From NCBI GenBank assembly GCA_002104905.1, contig MCFE01000241.1, positions 54,262-118,261 of the forward strand: a DNA stretch of 64,000 bases, read 5' to 3'. The notes below the pieces were generated by a model, which had not been told where the DNA came from, did not search any database, and saw only the letters and a program-made list of their open reading frames with translations. Below, piece by piece: positions 14,162-25,129 of the stretch; position 1 is the stretch's first letter, and each line of letters opens with the position of its first letter. The position numbers and the translations under genes were made by a program. The stretch is from Basidiobolus meristosporus CBS 931.73 (lineage: Eukaryota > Fungi > Basidiobolomycota).

Positions 14162-14459
14162 TATCAAGCACTCAGAGAAAATCAAACCAGGGACTTCTCA
14201 GGTTACAAATTGGCCAAAATTCAATTGGATGCAATTTGGTCTTCAAGAGAAGTCATTAGACCAATGGCTCAATTAACAGATACAACACAAGATACATGCC
14301 TGAAAGATATTCTCAAACAAAAGAACTGGACTACAAAGAGATCTTTGTACCAACAGCCAAGTTTAGTTACATCAGACTAATACTGAATATGGCCACCACA
14401 TCAATGTTTCTTATTCATCAAATGAATGTAAGCTGCATTTATAAATGAAGGACTCAGTG

Positions 14460-16330
14460 ATAGTTTGTAAGTAAGCTAGCCAGATGGCTTACTAACCAAG
14501 ATAATCTATTTCATGTGCAAACTTAAGAAGTATTTATATTGTCATAAATAATTATCAAGAGCCTAAAACTCAAAGAGAGATTCATATTTGTAATGCTTAA
14601 GTACTTAGAGAAAAACTGCCAGCTGGAGTGTATGATTTAAGCAAGATGGAGCAAGTTCAGCTTTATTAGCTCTACATGTGAAGAGTTTCATTAAAGGTGC
14701 AATAGTCAAGAAGCCTTGGAAGAGACTAAATCCAACTCAACCATGGCATTGTAGCAGGGTCACAGTGACACCCACTGACAGATGTGCTCATTCCCATATG
14801 TTCTACTTTACTATTTCTCTACTACACTTATTTAGTTTATGCCATTTGTCTTACTTGATCAGTACTATCCCATAAGCTGGCTGACTATCACACCTGCTTA
14901 CCTTATTCAATAAGTTATCCCTCACTTTATGTAACATTACTAGCTGTAAGTGCTTCTATATTAGACAAGTATGTGTGACACATGGTCAACCCATGTCACC
15001 ATCCCTACCATTTCTATACCATATATAGTATCCCTATGTTTCACAAGTTTCAGAGTACTGATTCCTGATTGGTTGGATGTGCTGTGCCTCTTAGAACCTT
15101 CTGGCACCTACTTATAATACTCTCCACTCATTCTGATGTCATTGGGATTTCTATTGATCTCCACAACCATCTGGAACACCATTATTAGTAATCACTTAGC
15201 CAGTGAGAAAAGTATATAAGGGAGGTAATCCCTCAACAATAAATCATCATCCCTTTGATCAATATACCAACTTGTTGATTAGTGTGATCACTGCTACCTG
15301 CTGCTACCCCAACTTCCAATCCTGGACCACAGGACACTCCCAGGAAACTGTAGAGACAGCCAACTGATCTTGGAGGCACTACTTGTGAGGAATACTCAGA
15401 GTAGGTATCTTCTATTATATTTGATTCTTTCCCAAGTTTATTCTTGTTCAGGCAAAGACATTTTTCTGTCTTTGTAACTATTGACTGCAGCTGCATTCAT
15501 ATCAAGTCCTTGGTGGTGGAGCTTACAGTTGCTCTGACTTTGGAAGCCTTAGTACATTGTCATCTCAAATGATGCTGAACCCAGGACATACTTTTGTTAG
15601 GAAGCCAACTAAGTTGGGGATTGTAGTTCAATAACTTTTCCTTGATAAGCTTGTGGCTTTATTCCCCATCATGTTAGAGACAGAACCCAAGTATTCCTAG
15701 CAAGCTTTAGCCAAGGGTTATTGCACGTAGTGAGCACCCCACAGACAAAACACTTCAGAAGTGTTGGGTGTATCTCTCCTTTGGACTTATACACCACCAC
15801 AGTGTTTACCATTTTTGAAATAGGAGTACTCATTTACTATTCAGGGATAAAGTTCCCTATAGACAAAAGCACCCAGGCTACCACCATAATTCAGCCCAAG
15901 TATGCTCAGGTTATTCTAGAGAAGCTACAAATGGAGATTTATATACCAGTAGCTATCTCAATGGAGATAAACCTTAACTTGGTCTCAACACAGCCAAAGC
16001 AAGTAAGCTTGGTCTCATCACAAACCCTGGGCCCCCTTACCAGTCAATGATTGGCAGCTTATGTATATCATATTTAGATCACATCCACATATTTCATATT
16101 AAATGGTAGTTGTCAGACAGCATAATCAGAAATATGGTTTTGATCATATTGCTTCTGTCTAGCAGATTTCTAACTACCTAAGAAGCTGCTAAGAGCTGGT
16201 TACAGTATACCCATAAGAACTTAGAAATGAGTCTTATGGAATACACTGATGCTAATTGAGGACAAAACTCATTGGACACAAGGTATATTATAGCTTACAC
16301 CTTATTATGCTCTGAGCAGTTGGATGGAAC
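14460..16330 (+). mobile_element. Copia reverse transcriptase remnant interrupted by a solo LTR
   Basis: CKLKK at ~14515. Removing 14750-15801 plus one TSD copy restores EALEETKSNSTMAFTIFEIGVLIYYSGIK, which aligns with Copia RT (LSxEFxMxDLGxLxYFLGI). Confidence 0.72.
14750..15801 (+). repeat. Solo LTR, family D (1052 bp)
   Basis: TGTAGCAGGGTCACAG...CACCACCACA; full-length inverted homologue at 26060-27130. Flanks GCAT/GTGT are both one CpG deamination away from GCGT. Confidence 0.85.
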
Positions 16331-16393
16331 CCAAATAAATCACCAGCTGTAGAACTTTCCACCAGAGATGAAGTATATAGCCCTTTCAGCATT

Positions 16394-16680
16394 AGCACGG
16401 GAGAATGCTATGATCTGCTGCCAGAATCTGTAAGCTTGAGCACTTTTCTATCAAATCAGTTAGTCTTATGTCTAGCTTATCAGTACACCGGTGTCATCTA
16501 TTAAATCTGTAGCATTAGCAGCAGATGAGTTGGCACAATCATATAAAACAGAAATTGCTATAATGCAAGATCTGATTGGATAATGATGACGCAACTATAC
16601 AGGTGATACACCACAATCTACATTAGGAAATACAACTAGTTGGCACCTGATCAGGTAAATATATAAAGATCAGCCAAACC
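16394..16680 (+). repeat. PPT plus truncated LTR family A copy
   Basis: AGCACGGGAGAA followed by TGCTATGATCTGCTGCC at 16406; homology to 1706-1980 fades near 16680. Confidence 0.65.
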
Positions 16681-16919
16681 TTGATAATAATCAGTGCAGG
16701 TTTTGGTCATTATAATGTTAGTAAACCCCCTACTTATCAACAACTCTGATACAAGAGTTGTAACTAATAGACTGGCAGTACTGTTTAGTAGTTCTTTATA
16801 AATAGTCTTAGGCCAATCCAACTCTGGGAAGAGTAGTTGGCACCCATATGATGTAGAAAACAAATGTGTACAGCTATCAAGGCTAAAATATTGTTAGTGA
16901 TGTCAGACTTGGCAGCAGG

Positions 16920-19900
16920 AGCAAGTACTTGCTCAGAGTTCTGTCCTGCTGACCCATGCTACTGATTCAATGAAATTACTGATATACCAAGAGACTAAGC
17001 ATAGAATTAATTGATTTGACTAAAAACTAATCTGACTTATTCATTGAAGCAGTAGATTGTAATATTCTCCCAAACTAAAGCTGAGAGGTTTCTCCTGAAT
17101 CTCTTTACATATAACACCAATATATTGATGGCTCAGTATTGTCAATACATTGTCCCAGCTATAGTCTGTCTCTATGGACTAAATCTTCCTTGATATTGTT
17201 ATGGTCTGCTACACGAATGTTTAAGTTAGATCAGTTTAAGTTAGATCAGTTTTTAGTCAAATCAGTTAGCTACATGTTTAGCTTCTCAGTATATCAGTAT
17301 TATCTATCCAATCAGTAGCATAAGTCAGCAAATGAATCAGCAGATCCTTATCAGACAGAAATAGATACATTAAGTAGGATCTTGTTGGGTGATGATGATG
17401 AAATCAAATGAGTCATCAGCCACAGCCTACATTAGGAAATACAGTTATTCAGCAATTGATCTGGCAAAATTTATATAAGGAGCTTCTGAAACCTCAATAA
17501 AGATCAGTTCAAGTTTTAGTGAATACAATACTAGCTAAACTCCATATTCCTCTACAACTCTTATACCAAGATTTGTAGCAATATTCCCTTGTTTATTGGT
17601 TAGTTTGTAAGTGTGAAGGGACATTATGTGATGATTATATCAAACTCTGTGTATTGTGGTCCAAACTTCTAAGTGTGGTTTTCCATCAACTCAAAGTTCC
17701 CAACTGTCAAGGCTTCTGGCTGATTTCCACCAAGATTTGCTGATTGCATTTCCTAGTGGTGCATGCCATGATCACATCACATCCTTGACCTTTCATAATT
17801 CAACCATATCAAGTTGGTGAAGAAATCCTAGCTCATTCTGGAAAGTTCTACTATATTCAAGCAACTTCTTGAAAACTTCAAGTCAACATTACACATTGGA
17901 ACATTCTATGGAAGCTTCCCTTTGATACTTATGTAACTTGGTACTATATATGGTAATTGCATCTCATATGGCCTAGTCACATGATCAGCTTACTCTTGGC
18001 ATATCCCCATGTGATGTTCTATTCTGTACTTTAGTATACATCTATCTTGAAACATATACTGTGCCTCACCCCAGAACCCCATCAGTATTAGCCAATATCT
18101 CTTGGCATCTATATCGCCAAACAGTATATATAGTTCTATTCCCCCTTATGTATTCCTCAGTCTGATAATCACAGGTCTTGAATATACTGCCTTGCCTTTT
18201 TGATCCACACCTAAGTCCTTCCCTGGTCCTGCCTTGCCTAGCTCTACTCTCCTGCCTTATGTCTACTCATAACAGTGTGCAATCTTCCAATGGAGTCAAA
18301 TCCCCATCTCTCATAAAGCCTTACCAGCACTAAGAGGAAGAGTGTGATAATCATCTGTGGTTGGCTTTGTTTGATTTGGCTTGTCAATTTGCACAAATGG
18401 CCCTCTTCTGTCTTGCTGTATATCAGTATGTCATCAAGGTAGAATACTACAAGCCAAAAAGCATTGTTGAAGCCAGAACTCATAACTAAGTACTTGTAAT
18501 GTCCATATCCAGTCCTGAGTGCTGTCTTAGGGTTAACTTTTGGCTTCACTCCTATTTTGTTGTATCATAACATGAGGACAATCTTCCTGAATATGGTGGC
18601 TCCATTGAGTTGTTCAAGTAGCTCATTGATCTAAGGTATGAGGTTCTTATTCTTCACAGAAACTGAGTTAAGAGCTCTGTAGTTAATGCATATTGTGAGT
18701 ATTCCATGCTTCTTTTTCACAAAAAGCACTGGGCTCCCCAAGGTGACTTGCTGGGCCTGATGTATCCTTGCTCAATAGTTGACTGATTTGTCTTTTCATC
18801 TCTTACAACTTTAATAGATTTATCCTGTAAGGTACCTTGTTCACTATGTGGCTATCCCCTGAGCTAATGGTATGATCCATGTGTCTGACTGGTAGTAGGC
18901 CTAAAGGTTCATCTGGAGCACATCTCAATATTCCCTTTACAGAGTCTGGACCTCTTGGGGAATGGGAGTAGAGGTATCTTCCTGTAATATAACCATGAGA
19001 AGCCTCTGAGTACCCTTCCTAAGTACACTACAGCACTGTGTCTTGCTAGGTTAATTTGTTGCACAAATACTGGGCCTGACCAAGTTGATATCCAGTCTGG
19101 CAGGTAATAGCTCATAAGTATTGCTGTCCTTTTTGTTCAGACAGCATGGGTTCTCCAGTTAGTTAATGTATTGCAACAAAATAGCCAGGCCTTTCCAAAG
19201 TACATGGTTAAGCTTGTAGCTCCCAAATATGTAGGCCTGTAGGTTTTCTTCATAGTCATTGAATTACATTTTTGCTGGCTGAGTGATAGGGCTGAAAATG
19301 TTAGAGCTCCCATCAGATTATAAGTCTGGAGTAGATTTTTTGGGTTCTAAGTTGATTCCAGCTTTCAAGGCAAATTGGTCCAACATATACTCAGGTGATG
19401 CTTCTGAGTGGGTCAAGATCTTTTCAGGTACTCCATTGATTGCTCCATTCAAGTGTAATAGCTGCTCAGAGTTTGAGGTAATTTGTGATGAGTATTATTT
19501 TGTAACATTGAAGGTAGGCTCTGACTCTTCTTCAGGCTCATTATACATGTTGTTCTGCTGAAGGGCTTGAATGTAGTTAAGGCTCTTGTTGAGTGGTGCT
19601 CATTTCTTCTCTGAGGGTAGCTCTTTGAGATATGCCCTTGCTGATGGCAATTAGGACCAGGTCCTTTCAAGCATTCTGCTGAGATGGGATTCTTCTGCAT
19701 AGCATCTATTTCTATAGGTACTGCTTTGGATTGTCTTCCTCCTGGTGACTGTAACCTTTCTGATTAGTCACTGTTGGCTTTCCAACTTCAAACATAGCTG
19801 AGTCATAGTCAATGGTAATCACAACAACTTCTTCAATAGTCTGATGTCTTCAATAATTTGCTTCCTTGCAAGTTCTTTCTTTCAATTCATCAATAAAGTA

Positions 19901-19960
19901 TTTAACTTTTGCAAGTGGTTCCATTTATTTAATTTACCTAAGTAGATATGTGGTAATGGA
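16920..19960 (-). mobile_element. Decayed Gypsy element (gag zinc knuckle, RT, integrase 3' end, PPT, start of 3' LTR)
   Basis: Minus-strand NCHQQGHISKSYP (CCHC-like) at ~19620-19660; KTALRTGYGHYKYLVMSSG...YLDDILIYSK (RT) at ~18410-18530; IN tail KQGNIKEDLVHRDRL at ~17165-17600; PPT at 17065-17075; LTR from 17064 leftwards. Confidence 0.82.
17197..17580 (+). repeat. Solo LTR family A with 4-bp TSD ATAT, nested in the integrase of a same-family element
   Basis: TGTTATGGTC...TTTGTAGCA; ATAT at 17193-17196 and 17581-17584; excision restores minus-strand K-Q-G-N-I-K-E-D. Confidence 0.9.
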
Positions 19961-20249
19961 AAGTATTCCATTACTACAATGTCTCTAAGCCAATATTGCA
20001 CTCATTTCTTTATTTTGCTTTTTGCTATCGTAACACACAAGTGAAAGATCAAGAATTTCCAACTTTGAAGAACAAATGCTCCAGACCCTGGCAAGCAATC
20101 CACCCAAGAATATTATGTCATACAGAACACGTAGTAGCCAACACATGTTTCAAATTACAGCTCATTTGAAGCAGTACTTAAGGAGTTATGACCAAAAGAG
20201 TCCAACTATTATATATACTATGCCTTATTGCTAGGATTACTATGGTGAC

Positions 20250-20380
20250 TTTGATTGCGTGTAACTTTTGAACCAGCCAATTAAATCACGTGAAATTTTC
20301 ACAGGTGCTGCGCCTATGTCGGATCTGCGCCACTGCAAAATTTTAGCTTTGTATCACGTGTATTACTTGCGTAATCGCCC
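20250..20380. promoter_or_regulatory. CpG-retaining island with two ATCACGTG (bHLH E-box) motifs
   Basis: About 8 CpGs in 130 bp within a block that otherwise has very few; ATCACGTG at 20285-20292 and 20353-20360. Function is inferred only. Confidence 0.4.
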
Positions 20381-20633
20381 AAAAACTTTGATCCTTCAAA
20401 ATTTTCATATATATGACTTCCCCAGCTGAAAAATAAAGAGAGAGCCTCTCTTTCCAGAATCTCCACACTACAATTACAAGTTTAAAGGTTATAAGACTTC
20501 CCCTGCATCACTTGCACTGTTGAGTATTCTGACTTTGATCAGTACTACATCAGTAAAGAGACTGCAAAGCCCACAAGAATCCAATCTAAGTTCTACAAGA
20601 AACTACCACTTTTCTGTTGGAAAAGTCCCCTCT

Positions 20634-20861
20634 AAGAAGCCCCTTTACTCTAAAGACACCCCTTTAGACACCCCTTTAGAGACCCCTTTAAGAAACCTCT
20701 TTACTCTAAAGAAGCCCCTTTAGGCACCCCTTTAGTGTAAAGTCCACTTTAGAGACCATTACAAGAAGCCCCTTTACTCTAAAGACACCCCTTTAGACAC
20801 CCCTTTAGGTCTAAAGACCCCTTTAGAGACTTCTACAACACGCCCCTTTAGGCTAAAGGGG
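20634..20861. repeat. Array of ~13 CCCCTTTA(G)-like motifs with higher-order units and a terminal palindrome
   Basis: 46-bp unit AAGAAGCCCCTTTACTCTAAAGACACCCCTTTAGACACCCCTTTAG is identical at 20634 and 20763 with a variant at 20690. Perfect inverted repeat CCCCTTTAG-G-CTAAAGGGG at 20843-20861. Confidence 0.92.
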
Positions 20862-20870
20862 AGTTCAGAA

Positions 20871-20925
20871 TTTCCATATTAGGAAATATTTTCTCAGAAA
20901 GGAAAGTGACTTCCAAATAAGGAAA
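20871..20925. promoter_or_regulatory. Two CArG boxes (CC-W6-GG; MADS/Mcm1/SRF-type sites)
   Basis: TTTCCATATTAGGAAA (core 20874-20883) and TTCCAAATAAGGAAA (core 20913-20922). Motif match is direct; binding is untested. Confidence 0.45.
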
Positions 20926-21249
20926 AGTTACTACAAAAGAAAATAAGCCCATTAGTCAACAGAAGGTCAGAACACTGCTGTAGAAGTGATAAACACTGCC
21001 TACAGTATGTTTTGAGCCCAAGATTGAGGAAATTAGTGAAAGTTATATCTTCTATTGGTATATCAAACTCCCAATAAACTATTTCAGTATTAGCATACTG
21101 GAAGTTGTTGTATATTGCTGATTAGCCTCTGCATTGTAGAACAAGCCCCAAGCTAATCATAATACAACACAACAGATATCAATACTCTTAGATGCAATCT
21201 TGAATCATTCATTTATGTCTGAGTGTCTTCAGCTCTCTTCTTAGTAGTA

Positions 21250-21850
21250 TCTGCTGATGTGGAGGGTTAAGAGCATCCTGAATATTGAACATAAAGTCTT
21301 CCCAGGTGATGGTAGTACAACATCATATCATGGTGGCTGACCAGATCTGGCTGTAGTACCACTGTCAAGCTGCATCTGCCAGCTACAATGCTGCATAATG
21401 CAACTTGCTCTCTGGTGCAATCCTTTATCCTCAGAAGCTTTTTCAGTTTGAATAAGCCAGTTTCCCAGGTTTTCTTTGACTCAGCCATGGCACCAGATGG
21501 CCTTTACACTTAAGTGGTTTGTGACCGGGCTTTGCTGACTCTGGGACATAGTAGTTATTTCCTGTTGCTGCTGACTCAGAATCTGGTGTAGATATTATTG
21601 TGGGGTCAAGATTTCAGCATGGCATTCTTCCATTCTTGATTTTCCAACATCTTAAGGGAGGCTTCTTCATACTTGAGGTGGGATCTATCTGATTATTGAG
21701 GCTTTCAATATTACAAGTCTTAATATAAGAGTGTTGGAGGAGTTGGGAGCTTAGTAGCATTGTATCACCAAAACATGAACTGAGTTTCATTGCAGTTCTA
21801 GCAGCTCCTTATATAGATTTTGCTGGATCAATGCAGACTAATTGCATTTC
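21250..21850 (-). mobile_element. Gypsy 5' region: 3' half of LTR family A (21709-21850) and leader/gag start
   Basis: Reverse complement matches 9410-9650 (LTR end, then ..AAGAAGCCTCCC..AGATGTTGGA..). Confidence 0.72.
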
Positions 21851-21864
21851 CTGGTGTAGAATAT

Positions 21865-24800
21865 ACTGAAAAAGTTTGTAAATCCACCTATATACTCACC
21901 TAACTTGGTCACTTAGATCATTGCCTTTAAATCTCTGAAAATTCTGACTAAAATCCTTGTTGGGATTTACTTAGAATATTTTCACCAAAATATTGGGTAC
22001 CCAGAACATTAAAATGCTCAATATTGTTCAAACAACCCCAAACTTTGCACTCATGCTCCTGGGACCTTCCTGAACCTATTCTACATGTATTTTATGCCAA
22101 GACCATGTAAAGGTATAAATACTACTTTAACATTGAGTAGGTCATTAATTGAAAATCACAAAACTACTTGTTCTCCCAATCACTTCTAATATCTCCAAGA
22201 CTCTTACAACAGATTATGAGCTGCAACTGGCTACTCTCTGCAATATCTACTACTGCTATTACTGTAATTCTTCTCTTGGCTAAAAAGTTGGATGGAACTA
22301 ACTACCAAGTGTAGAAGGTGAAGATGAAGATGCTGCAACAAGAAAGAGGCCTTTGGGACATTGTAATGGGAGAACAATGCCCATCTAAAAACATGAGAGA
22401 GTAATTCTGAAAGTACTAGAAGAAAGTACAAAGTCCCTCTAACTGCCTTTGCCTTAATGTCAAAGACAAATTGCTAATTCAATGCTCAAGAGCAAAAACA
22501 GCAAAGAATGCCTGGAAGGCATTAGAAGATACATACCAGGCATATTCAGCTGCTAAGAAAATGTATCTTGGACAAAAACTCTTTACTACAAAGATGCAGC
22601 CAGGAGAAGAAATGGAAACTCTTATCAACTGAATTACCATGCTGGTGGTTGGGATGGAATCTGTGAGTGTACCAACTAATTATGAGGATGTGAGAGTAAC
22701 CATCCTGAGCTGCCTGACAGACAACCTTCAAGCCATGTATTGGCTCTAGAGTTCAGAACAGAATAATCAACCTTAAATTATATATATGGATTGCTCCTGG
22801 ATGAAGAATCATAACAATTGTGCACTATTAAGAAGGGAGAAGAAAATGCTTTAATAAGCAATAATAGCCAACAAAGGAGATAACCAAGACTCTCAGAGGC
22901 AATAGCAATCTGTCTTGCAACTACTGCAAAAGGAAAGGACACATGTCTGACCAGTGCTTCAAAAGAGAGACAGTCAGCAGAAAAAGCCTGAATATGAAAA
23001 TTCTGCAACAACCAATGATAGACTATTCAATTCTGCTCTAAAAACAACCACAAAAAAGGATTCTCAGACATGGCATATTGACTCTGGAGCATCTCAACAT
23101 TTTGCACACCAAAAGAACTTTTTTCCCAATATCAAGAAATTCCAATTAAGAAGGTTTTCATGGGTGACAATAGAACACTTAATGCAGTGGGAGAAGGAAC
23201 TATCCAAGTAAGCCTTAAAAGCAGTGGAGGGAGCCATACACTGACCTTTGATGAAGTACCCTATGTACCAGAAATAGCCAAGATCCCACTGTCTGTAAGC
23301 ATGGCCATAGCAGAAGGACTCAGTTTTAGCTTTGACAATTCTGGATGGAGGATCACTGATCAACTGGTGCTCATATTGCTCTGGGTACCAAAGATTGGAA
23401 TCTGTATAAGAAGACTTATATTCCATCATATCTGGAGGCCAATATAAGTAACTTAAATGAAGAAACACCAATGCTATGGCACAGGAGATTCAGACACATC
23501 AATTTTGATCATTTGCCAAAACAATCAAAGATCACCTAATCTCTGGAGTAAAAGTTGACCCCCCCCGCTAATTTGGAGCACTGTGAAGCCTGCGTATATG
23601 GGAGACAAGCCACACAATTGCTGATGAGCTCTGGGTTATTCAAAACTAAGAAAAGATTGAATCTAACTTACTCAGAACTGTGTGGACCTAAGCAAGATTT
23701 ACCCTTAGGCAGGGTGAAGTTTTAATCACTTTTACTAATAATTATACAAGATACATGTGGGTTTACTTCATGGAGAGAAAAAAAGAAGCTCTGTCTAAGC
23801 TCAGGGACCTTAAAGCCGTGTTGGAGAGAGAACTGGTAGAAAAAGCAAGAAATTATGCTCTGACAATGGTGGATAATCTACCTCAAAACTCTTCATCCAC
23901 TTCTGCAAAATTCATGGGATAAAGCAGGAGATTACTGTGCCATACTCCCCAGAGCAAAATGGAGTAAGAGAATATGTAAACAAATCAATAATTGAAATGG
24001 CAAGATCCATGGTCCATGATCAAAAATTATGCTATATTTTTTGAGCAGAATCAGTTGCCCCAACTGTGTACCCTAAAAATGGGAATTATATTAGAGTACT
24101 AAATGAATCTACTCCACCTGAAGCATGATATGGACACAGGCCAAGTGCAAAACATTTAAGAAATTTTGGGTGTACAGCATATGCCAAGAAACTGCCCAGA
24201 AATCAGTCAATATTTGAGCCAAAAAGTTTGAAATTCATATTTTTGGGCTACTGCAACAAGAGTAAAGCATACACACTCCACAATACTAAAGCAAAGAAGC
24301 CAATTAAGTACAGGTATGTGTGTTTTTTAATGAGAATTCTAAATTTTCACAAACATGACATCAGATAATGACAAAAATTTGATTTTGAGTCCACCAACTT
24401 TCAGGATTGATTCAGAGCAGAAGAATGAAGGTTTTCCCACTCCAGAGGACTCTACACCTGTGGTTCAGCCTGAGGCAGTGTCCAGGAATATCCCAGAGGT
24501 GATTATTCTGGTATCAAATGTCACCAGGATCCTTCCAGAAAAGAAATAGCCAGAATTGAAATATTAATGAGGATACTATCTTAGTCCATGCCTCTTCCAT
24601 CCATATTGATAATCCCCAGATTGTAAAAGGGGCACTGAATAGCCCTCAGACAGAGACTTTGAGATCTGTAAAGACTGAAGAATTACAGGCCCTATTGGAA
24701 TATCAAACATGAGACTTGGTCAAATTACCAATCAATCAAAAATCAATTGGATGCAGATGTGTCTTTGAGACAAAATACAAGGCTGATGGTTCAATTGAAA

Positions 24801-24905
24801 GATACAAAGCAAAACTTGTTGCCAAAGTGTACTCTCAAATAAAAGTACTTGACTATACTGAGACCTTTGCACTGGTAGCCAAGTTTATTTCTGTTATATC
24901 AACCC
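21865..24905 (+). mobile_element. Ty1/Copia element, decayed and 3'-truncated in RT
   Basis: LTR B end TACAACA at 22211 followed by GATTATGAGC (decayed copia GGTTATGAGCC start); gag KLDGTNYQV..KMKM; protease WHIDSGASQHF; LWHRRF.HI; integrase; RT TWDLVKLP...RYKAKLVAK..SQ...DYTETFALVAK. IN precedes RT, the Copia order. Confidence 0.9.
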
Positions 24906-25129
24906 TACAAAAAATAACTTGGTTTCACAGGTGGATCCAATCCAGATCAGCCATCAGGATCCTGTTTAGAGACTGTCATAAAACCAGCAGCTTTGAATTA
25001 TTAATCCTTTTAATGTTCTGATGAAGGGATTGAAATGGTGTTTTGCTAATTTTAAAACCAAATAAGGGGATAAAACTTGACAAGATTTATTTGGTGCTTT
25101 GACATAAATTGCATGGTTTTGTTGTGGTC

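Noticed and set aside
20520-20723. ORF encoding DTPLDTPLETPL repeats
   Set aside because: 67 aa read-through of the DNA repeat; no evidence of a real gene.
20634-20861. CCCCTTTA array as a CRISPR array
   Set aside because: Units are only ~9-12 bp, there are no unique 30-40 bp spacers, no cas genes, and the context is eukaryotic.
20250-20930. Budding-yeast-style point centromere (CDEI-CDEII-CDEIII)
   Set aside because: RTCACGTG is present, but there is no long very AT-rich CDEII spacer or CDEIII CCGAA palindrome; kept only as a loose possibility in the findings.
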